IMG/VR virus record: IMGVR_UViG_3300032053_000002
Span: 186,001-250,000 of that record
Length of the DNA: 64,000 nt
Direction: 5' to 3' (one strand)
Positions 57,730 through 64,000 of this stretch are shown piece by piece. The position numbers and the translations under genes were made by a program. Position 1 is the stretch's first letter; each line of letters opens with the position of its first letter. The notes beneath the pieces are model-generated. The model saw only the letters and a list, made by a program, of their open reading frames with translations. It was not told the origin of the DNA and did no database searches.

Positions 57730-57758
57730 ATTATACTCACATATAAGTAGTTAGTTCC
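57730..57758 (-). promoter_or_regulatory. Putative middle promoter GGAACT-N17-TATAAT
   Basis: Upstream of cspA; a TATTTATA lies 10 bp further upstream. Confidence 0.68.
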
Positions 57759-57787
57759 CAATAATAATATAAATATATTTTTTCGGC

Positions 57788-58309
57788 TTACTTTTCTACG
57801 TAGAGTGGTGTTCTCGCACTTTTTTGAATTTCGGCTCTTTCTGTCATTCTTCCACGAGAATGCGCATGGCTAATAGCAAGATCCGACAATAAATGAGATT
57901 CCCACGCACCTGCGCAGTTTGTGTAGTTATACTTTTCAATCAAATCTATTGAGCCCATCGGATTCAAAAAACAATGAACTATTCTATGAAAAAGAGGCAG
58001 AATTTCATCTTCTTCATAAGTCATAGCCAAAACCGAATATCCATGAAAAATTTGAAGGAAAACTTTTAGATATTTTTTGGTTATCTCTTGATCTTCCTCA
58101 TAATCCGATATTAAGTAATATACCGCCCTTTCATCCAGAAATTTAGTTATTCCTCTTACATATTTCCCTTTACACCGAATAACTGAAAAAGTTCCTTCAT
58201 AAAAGAAATGCCAAGTATCATCTTTATGGAGAATTTTTTCATAGAGAGTCTTAAAAAGTTCTCTATCATAAATCGTAGTTTCTAGTAACTTTATTTCTTT
58301 TAATTCCAT
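57788..58309 (-). CDS. Possible Lant_dehydr_C (thiopeptide biosynthesis domain)-like protein
   Basis: WHFFYE..IR, YEED, IFHGYS, IVHCFLNPMG resemble the W.F.RY/Y.PE/F..DS/H...NR pattern. Confidence 0.4.
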   Translation of the reverse strand: MELKEIKLLETTIYDRELFKTLYEKILHKDDTWHFFYEGTFSVIRCKGKYVRGITKFLDERAVYYLISDYEEDQEITKKYLKVFLQIFHGYSVLAMTYEEDEILPLFHRIVHCFLNPMGSIDLIEKYNYTNCAGAWESHLLSDLAISHAHSRGRMTERAEIQKSARTPLYVEK

Positions 58310-58596
58310 CGTGTGCTCGTTCCCATTAAACCGGTTTCTAAACCTTGAATCCAGTGCGGTTCGCCATTTAGCCATTCTATTTCGTCGGGAATATCCCAAA
58401 CAATATTGCCGCAATCATAACACCGCGTTCCCATGGCTCCGACTCCTTGAGCACCGCCACCTAACGTATTTGAGCCACGGCGCCAATGTGAATACTTCAG
58501 TTTTGCTGAACCGCACTTTTTACATTTGGGCAATCTGAGATAGGCGACAATCGGTAAAAGAATAATAACTAAAACTACTAAGAGAAAAATATACAT
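58300..58596 (-). CDS. Membrane-anchored zinc-ribbon protein
   Basis: N-terminal TM; CKKCG and CYDCG. Confidence 0.55.
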   Translation of the reverse strand: MYIFLLVVLVIILLPIVAYLRLPKCKKCGSAKLKYSHWRRGSNTLGGGAQGVGAMGTRCYDCGNIVWDIPDEIEWLNGEPHWIQGLETGLMGTSTRWN

Positions 58597-58624
58597 AGGC
58601 GACTCCCCATTTTTATTTTAATAT

Positions 58625-58653
58625 AATATACAAAATAAAAAAGGAAATGTCAA
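58625..58653 (-). promoter_or_regulatory. Sigma70-type early promoter TTGACA-N17-TATATT
   Basis: Exact spacing; intergenic. Confidence 0.75.
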
Positions 58654-58661
58654 GGTTTATT

Positions 58662-60491
58662 TTACCTGCTATATATCAACTCATATTTTAGGTTTCCGCA
58701 ATCCCAAACTCTATCGTATTCGTTTAGTTGCATATTTTGCCATTCGGTAAGGTTAGGATCGTATTTTTTTAATTTCTTATGTAAGACTTTTTTCCTAAAA
58801 TTAAAACGATGTATTCTACTACTGCCGTTCATATTAAAATACCAATAACTAGGAGATGTTTCTGATACTTTTGTAAATCCCATCTTATTGTATAGATTGC
58901 TGCCGGATTTTGTCCAACGGCGATCGGCGAAACTTATTATTTTTTCTGGAGAATATTCGCGCACAAAAAAATTGAGTAATTTACTAGCTAATCCATTTGA
59001 CCGGACAGATGTTGCAAATCTCATCAATTCATATTCTCCTTTATTTTTTCCAGACCCAACAGACCTTTTTGATTTTCCAAAAGTCATCACGGCAACCAAC
59101 TCATTATCATAAAATGCACCTAATTTTATTTTGGTATTGTCACTTCCTTGTATGTGATTTTCGTTTAGGAATTTGTTTTTTGATGCGTTGTCTATTTCTT
59201 TTATATCACAATTTCTAGCATAAACTTTTCTGGTTTCATCGGACAATATGTATTCTAATCTGTTTTTTACTATATTTTGTTTTTCTATCCATTCATCTTC
59301 AAATATCTGAATTAAATGAATTCCCTTGCTCTCGGCTAATGAAGTCTTACTTAGATGATATTTTTTATCTTTGTTTCCATTTATTTCGGAATGCCAAAAT
59401 ATACCATTATATTCTATACCAATTTTTTTATCTGGAATGTAAAAATCTAGCTCCTTCCCGTTCAATGTTTTTCTATCATTTCTTATTATTTCGCCAGAAT
59501 ATATTTTCTTCAAGAAGTTATTTATTTCGTCTTCGGCTTTAGAAACACCGCTCCACAATAACGGATAACACGTTAAACATCTTGGAATGCGCCCATTTTC
59601 CAAGCTGCCAAAAAATATATTATTGCACTTTTTACAACGAAATTCATATTTTTTATTTTTAACTCCCTGATAATCATTTAAGGTAAATAACACTTCAACG
59701 TATTCGCGTATTTTAGGTGAGCTTAAAAAATTATTATACACCGTTTCAAATAATGATTTTTTAATCTGCGCCATTCCTTCTTCGGTTTGAGTAAAAGAAT
59801 TTGCACCGTATTTCTCTTGGTTGGTTTTCTTTATTTTTGCAACCATCATTTGTTTAATCATTGGGTCGTTAGCTTTCAACGATTGTAGTTTACTGGTTTT
59901 ATTAGATGTGGTTTTTTTTATTCCATATTTAACAATGTAATCCAATGGCAAGATATTATGTTTTTTTAGATGAGTATTGCTCAATTTAAAAAAATGTTCT
60001 TGACAAATTTCGCATTTAATTCTATTATCTGGAATTAGTAGTTTATCTTTTCTATCCTTTTTTATATGATATAATTTCCAGAGATATTTATATCGCGGGT
60101 ATTTATTCAGAAAGTCGTCTACGTTTATGTTGTGAATACTTTTTAGATGCGCAGTAAACACGCCAGATTTATTCTGTGTATCAGAAGTTTTCCATTCTTG
60201 GCACATTGGGCAGGAAAAACTTTCTTTTTTAATCGCGTTCTTTATTATGAAATTTTCTATGAAAAACGGAGAATTGTGCAAAGATGTTGAATGTGTAGTC
60301 AATGCTCCAGATAAATTATTTATATCAATACTTTCCCAATCGCATAATTTACATTTTATTATTTTTGAATTATCGTTGATTTTCCTCTTTACTGTTCGTT
60401 GTTTATTATATTCTTTGTCGGAAAACTTGCATTCATTTGAACAGTATATTCTTTTTTTGAAAATTTCTTTTTTACATATCTTACACTTCAT
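58662..60491 (-). mobile_element. Hef-like endonuclease: Zn fingers + Vsr-like nuclease + Mom/GNAT-like C-terminal domain
   Basis: ELDFY..IEYNGIFWHS..IFEDEW; ARNC..FL.ENHIQG..ELMRFA..ASKLL..SFADRRW; start MKCK after AAGGAG. Confidence 0.72.
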
Positions 60492-60573
60492 TTTCACTCC
60501 TTTAGTAGTTATTTTGACCTTATATGTATAGATATGAAATAAAATAAAAAAAGTTCCATTTTTTGTAAAATAA

Positions 60574-60599
60574 AAAACCCGCTCCGAAGAGCGGGTTTT
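60574..60599 (-). terminator. Intrinsic terminator after the major capsid gene (UUCG loop)
   Basis: AAAACCCGCTC-CGAA-GAGCGGGTTTT. Confidence 0.88.
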
Positions 60600-60636
60600 C
60601 ATTAGATTTTATAGTTTAACTGTTAAGTGTCAGAAA

Positions 60637-62268
60637 TTAGACGGTTTCCAACCCATGAACTACTATTTTTCCGTAAAATTCCGGACGCACGATTTTCTTT
60701 GCGTATCGCGTCATAACCCCGCGTCTTGGCGTGAAGTTATCCGGGTCGTATACAAGAGGAGTCATGATTAATGGAATGTATGGAGCATAAACAGCGCCAG
60801 TTTCCAAGAAACTAGTTCCTCTGAATCCGACTAGAATTACGTTTTCAACCATATAAGGATTCTTATATACTGTAAAACGTGAATTCAACATACCGACTTT
60901 TTGAACGCCCATCGCGAACGACATGGCGGTTCCATCAGTATCAGCCGCATATCCAGGAATAGATTCAATAATCGTAGCAATATCCGGTGATAAAACTATG
61001 AAGTTTGCACCACCGCGAAGAGTCAATTGATGAATCTTGTTGGATACTTTTTGAATCTTGTTGCCAAGAGTTTGATACCATTCGTTCTTTGTACCAGTGT
61101 GAGAAGTTGCATCATAGAACGACGCTTTATCGGAAGAGATTTCCCACCCAGGAATGGCTGACCAGTATTCTTTAGTAACGGCATTCACCATTAACATATC
61201 AAGAATTTCGAGGTCAATTTCCATACCAATATATTCGCTTAACAGAGCGGTAAGCTCGGCTTCAGCGTCTATTGAATGGTATGCATTCAAGTCTTGGGCA
61301 AGTTCAGGAGTCCATACGGCTTTCATCTTACGAGTTTTCGAGACGATGGATTCTTGAGCGACCGATAGGTCAATTTCAGGAATGTCAAGTTTTAATGCAC
61401 TACCGGATTCAGACGTATCTTCGAAATCACCGCGAGCAGTAGCCGTTGGTTGTTTATGATAACGAATTACATACGAACTTCCAGAAAAATCAGTTAATTT
61501 GGCACTACCAGAAACAACCCACATAATATTTGCACCGACAATTTTGGTAAATTGTGGCAAATAAGAATGAATACTACTACCAGAAACGGAAAATGCGCGA
61601 ACGCCTTCCAAATCCAGATCGGATAATGAACCGGTGTTATAGAAGATTTTTACTAGCTGGCCCGCAGAAAGTGAAGCTGAAACTAATCCGGTTGTAAAAT
61701 CAATATCAGCGTATGCACACGCAGCAGATGCAAATGTATTTGTGGCAGCCGTTGCGCCCCAAATAGGTATACCACCAACACTAGTATCATTGACGGAATA
61801 ACCGAATTTTCCAGCGCCATAGAGACCGCCGACCGTATCATCAGTTGTTCCCGGGGTTTTTCCAACACCTGAACCACCATATACGGATTTGTTCTGGGTA
61901 AACCCAGGTTGATGACCGCTTCCATATTTAAAATCGATATAGAATACGAGTCCAGAAGGAAGATTCATCGGCTGAATAGAAACGAATTCCTTAGCAGCCA
62001 CTTCGCCGAAAATACGGCGAACCAATGGAAGAGCGACACCAGACCATTGTTCAGCACCACCCCCGCCGGTTTGCGATACTTCATGCAATACCTGACGAGC
62101 TTGGTTTTCCAAAAGGATTGCCATTCCGTATACTTCATGTTCTTTTTCCAGACCATCAAGTAAACCGGTTGGCTCCCATTTCTTTACTAAACCACGAGTC
62201 TGCTCAATAAGAGCGTCGTAAGGGTTTTTCCCTTCCATTAACTTTTTTAAGTTGAGCAATGTACTCAT
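60637..62268 (-). CDS. gp23: Major capsid protein (T4 gp23-like)
   Basis: SIQPMNLPSGLVF, KTRKMKAVWTPELAQDLNAYH, YAPYIPL, GVMTRYA. Confidence 0.96.
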   Translation of the reverse strand: MSTLLNLKKLMEGKNPYDALIEQTRGLVKKWEPTGLLDGLEKEHEVYGMAILLENQARQVLHEVSQTGGGGAEQWSGVALPLVRRIFGEVAAKEFVSIQPMNLPSGLVFYIDFKYGSGHQPGFTQNKSVYGGSGVGKTPGTTDDTVGGLYGAGKFGYSVNDTSVGGIPIWGATAATNTFASAACAYADIDFTTGLVSASLSAGQLVKIFYNTGSLSDLDLEGVRAFSVSGSSIHSYLPQFTKIVGANIMWVVSGSAKLTDFSGSSYVIRYHKQPTATARGDFEDTSESGSALKLDIPEIDLSVAQESIVSKTRKMKAVWTPELAQDLNAYHSIDAEAELTALLSEYIGMEIDLEILDMLMVNAVTKEYWSAIPGWEISSDKASFYDATSHTGTKNEWYQTLGNKIQKVSNKIHQLTLRGGANFIVLSPDIATIIESIPGYAADTDGTAMSFAMGVQKVGMLNSRFTVYKNPYMVENVILVGFRGTSFLETGAVYAPYIPLIMTPLVYDPDNFTPRRGVMTRYAKKIVRPEFYGKIVVHGLETV

Positions 62269-62284
62269 TGTTTTTCTCCTAAAT

Positions 62285-63466
62285 TTATTTTTTAAGTTTA
62301 ATGTTCGCCAATTTGTGAATACGAGATTTCATATCAGCGTTAGCGTTGACAATTGGATCATCAACTTTCGGCTTGGTCGTACCGACCGATCTCGATGCGC
62401 CTTCTACAATCCTTTGGGTTCTGTTTGGCGAGTCGCCAGAACCGAGATTTTCCATCAAAGTGGCGTAAACCAGTTTGATTTCGCGAATTGATTTTGCGCG
62501 GTCAAAGTTTTCAACAACTTTCATTTTGCTTTTGTTATCGAGAGCAAAATTACGGAAAACTTTGTTTGTGAATAGTAATTTAGCGTTGAGCACATTAATT
62601 TCGTTCAATTTACTTTTCATAAATCTCACTACTTCAATAGCTTTCGCAAGTTTGTTTTTGGTTTTTGCCAATTCCGTTCGAAGAGATTTGATTTTGGCTT
62701 CACCGACGAAATTATCAACTTCGTCTTCGTCATCATCTTCTTCTTCCGGCACTTCGGCAGGAACTTCTTCTTCGGCTTCACCGACCGGTTCTTCTTCAGG
62801 AACTTCTTCATCTTCCTCGATGTCGATGTCTAACTCTTCATCATCATCAGCAGCGGGAACTTCTTCGGCTTCACCAACCGGCTCTTCAGGAACTTCTTCC
62901 TCGTCATCTTCAACGTCGAAATCTAAATCGTCGTCTTCATCAACAACGGGTTCTTCCAGAGGTTCATCTTCTTCACCGGCTTCGGCTTCCAATTCGGCGA
63001 CAACTTGTTCCAAATCAAGGTCATCTTCTTCCGGCGCTTCTTCGTCTTCAGGTTCGTCCTGTTCAGTCAACTCAGACTCTTTCGCGTCTTCATGGTCAGA
63101 CTTTACTTTGGTCGCACCTTCTTCGTCATCAGTAGTCGTTTCAGATGATTCTTTGGATGGTTCTTTGTTATCACCAGTTCCGATATCAGAAGTGTCTTCT
63201 TGTTCGGTTAATCCAGAATCTTCTTCCGCTTTTTCGTGATCATCATCGGTTCCGATTTGAGCACCAGCGTCATTCGTGACTTCTTCTTCTACAGGTTCTT
63301 CCAATTCTTTTTCTTCTTCATCTTCCATTTCCTGTTGAATCTTGCGAGAAATCATCGACTTAACTTGCGGAGCAAAAGCTTCTTCCAAAAACGCCTTGGC
63401 TTGCTTTAACGCCATTTCACGAATCGTTTTTGCTTCAGCAATCGATTCTTTAAGTAATTTAGTCAT
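62285..63466 (-). CDS. Prohead core/scaffold protein
   Basis: LLKESIAEAK start, long acidic middle, NAKLLFTNK..FDRAKSIREIKLVY; AGGAG SD. Confidence 0.85.
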   Translation of the reverse strand: MTKLLKESIAEAKTIREMALKQAKAFLEEAFAPQVKSMISRKIQQEMEDEEEKELEEPVEEEVTNDAGAQIGTDDDHEKAEEDSGLTEQEDTSDIGTGDNKEPSKESSETTTDDEEGATKVKSDHEDAKESELTEQDEPEDEEAPEEDDLDLEQVVAELEAEAGEEDEPLEEPVVDEDDDLDFDVEDDEEEVPEEPVGEAEEVPAADDDEELDIDIEEDEEVPEEEPVGEAEEEVPAEVPEEEDDDEDEVDNFVGEAKIKSLRTELAKTKNKLAKAIEVVRFMKSKLNEINVLNAKLLFTNKVFRNFALDNKSKMKVVENFDRAKSIREIKLVYATLMENLGSGDSPNRTQRIVEGASRSVGTTKPKVDDPIVNANADMKSRIHKLANIKLKK

Positions 63467-63488
63467 TACGGTTCTCCTAATACATTTA

Positions 63489-63604
63489 TCCAATATTATT
63501 GGTTTGGATTTTAACACTATTGATGAGTGTTAATGAATTACTAACATCATTTATTTCGGTACACTATATCGTAGATAGTGTATTCGGTAGGTTAAATATA
63601 AATA
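63489..63604 (-). promoter_or_regulatory. TATTTATA motif plus a structured leader with twin hairpins
   Basis: Motif at 63597-63604; 8-bp stems with 7-nt loops at 63511-63533 and 63560-63582. Confidence 0.55.
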
Positions 63605-63651
63605 TATGTAAAAAATAAAAACATATTAAAAATGATATATTTTCTTCATAC

Positions 63652-63879
63652 TTATTGGTTTCGCCTCATTTCACTTCGCATCCTCGCTTTCGCGCGATTG
63701 CGTTTTTCGCGTTTTATAGCAGATGGTTTACGAAAATTTGATTTTTCCTGTATATGGAGCATCAACTCTTCTTTTTTAATCATTTGTTTTAATTTTTTCA
63801 GTGCTCCATCAATATTTTTGTCACGTACAGTTACTTGTAATCCAGTAAACCTTGATAAAACTTCTTCATTTGGGATCAT
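63652..63879 (-). CDS. rpsU: Ribosomal protein bS21 homolog
   Basis: VTVRDKNIDGALKKLK..FRKPSAIKREK; adjacent to head genes. Confidence 0.88.
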   Translation of the reverse strand: MIPNEEVLSRFTGLQVTVRDKNIDGALKKLKQMIKKEELMLHIQEKSNFRKPSAIKREKRNRAKARMRSEMRRNQ

Positions 63880-63891
63880 ATTCCCTCCTAT

Positions 63892-64000
63892 TTATTTCAC
63901 TTGATTATATTTTCTTTCTTCTACACTGTCGCCAAGAACATAGGTATTAAAAAGAACTTCTAATTTTCTACCTTTGTCGCCTTTAATCATTTTTAACTGG
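63892..64000 (-). CDS. C-terminal fragment of an upstream gene
   Basis: Open frame QLKMIKGDKGRKLEVLFNTYVLGDSVEERKYNQVK*. Confidence 0.5.
   Translation of the reverse strand, partial: QLKMIKGDKGRKLEVLFNTYVLGDSVEERKYNQVK

Noticed and set aside
62750-62930. Tandem EEVPEEPVGEAEE repeat in the scaffold
   Set aside because: Ordinary low-complexity duplication in an acidic linker
62475-63239. 254-aa Ser-rich plus-strand ORF
   Set aside because: Antisense shadow of the Glu/Asp-rich scaffold (GAA/GAT codons read as TTC/ATC/TCT); no SD or promoter
63900-63936. Sigma70-like promoter before bS21
   Set aside because: Lies within the coding tail of the upstream gene, and the -35 is poor
1-64000. Stop-codon reassignment suggested by the release-factor-like gene
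   Set aside because: TAA, TAG and TGA all terminate conserved genes at the expected ends, and coding density is high under code 11
1-64000. tRNA, rRNA, tmRNA genes or CRISPR arrays
   Set aside because: No cloverleaf or regularly spaced repeat-spacer pattern seen; intergenic gaps are short and explained by promoters and terminators

Overview
64 kb of a large, AT-rich (roughly 30-33% GC by eye) T4-superfamily-like phage genome, genetic code 11, almost entirely minus-strand coded. In transcription order (right to left): bS21, prohead scaffold and gp23-like major capsid; an accessory island (Hef/Mom-like endonuclease, CspA, small early genes and one plus-strand lysine 2,3-aminomutase); tail tube, tail chaperone, tape measure and baseplate genes; a PolA-like gene, SSB, a RecA/UvsX broken into two genes by an atypically split intein, flap nuclease, helicase; class II RNR, GGQ release-factor domain, dUTPase; glycosyltransferases, PolB, clamp and clamp loader; ClpP, macro domain, two DNA methyltransferases, NUDIX, dCMP deaminase and more glycosyltransferases. 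Strongest non-obvious signals: (1) the non-palindromic hexamer GGCGAC/GTCGCC occurs about 80 times (manual count) against a handful expected; (2) a fractured recA with an 18-aa N-intein; (3) a probable +1/-2 programmed frameshift on a U7 run in the tail chaperone; (4) a KamA carrying the phage's own promoter motif; (5) three paralogous GT-B enzymes plus DUF1599 inside the replisome operons; (6) an ATT-start DNA polymerase; (7) several distinct promoter classes. Family calls come from motif recognition by eye, not database searches. No tRNA, rRNA or CRISPR array was seen.
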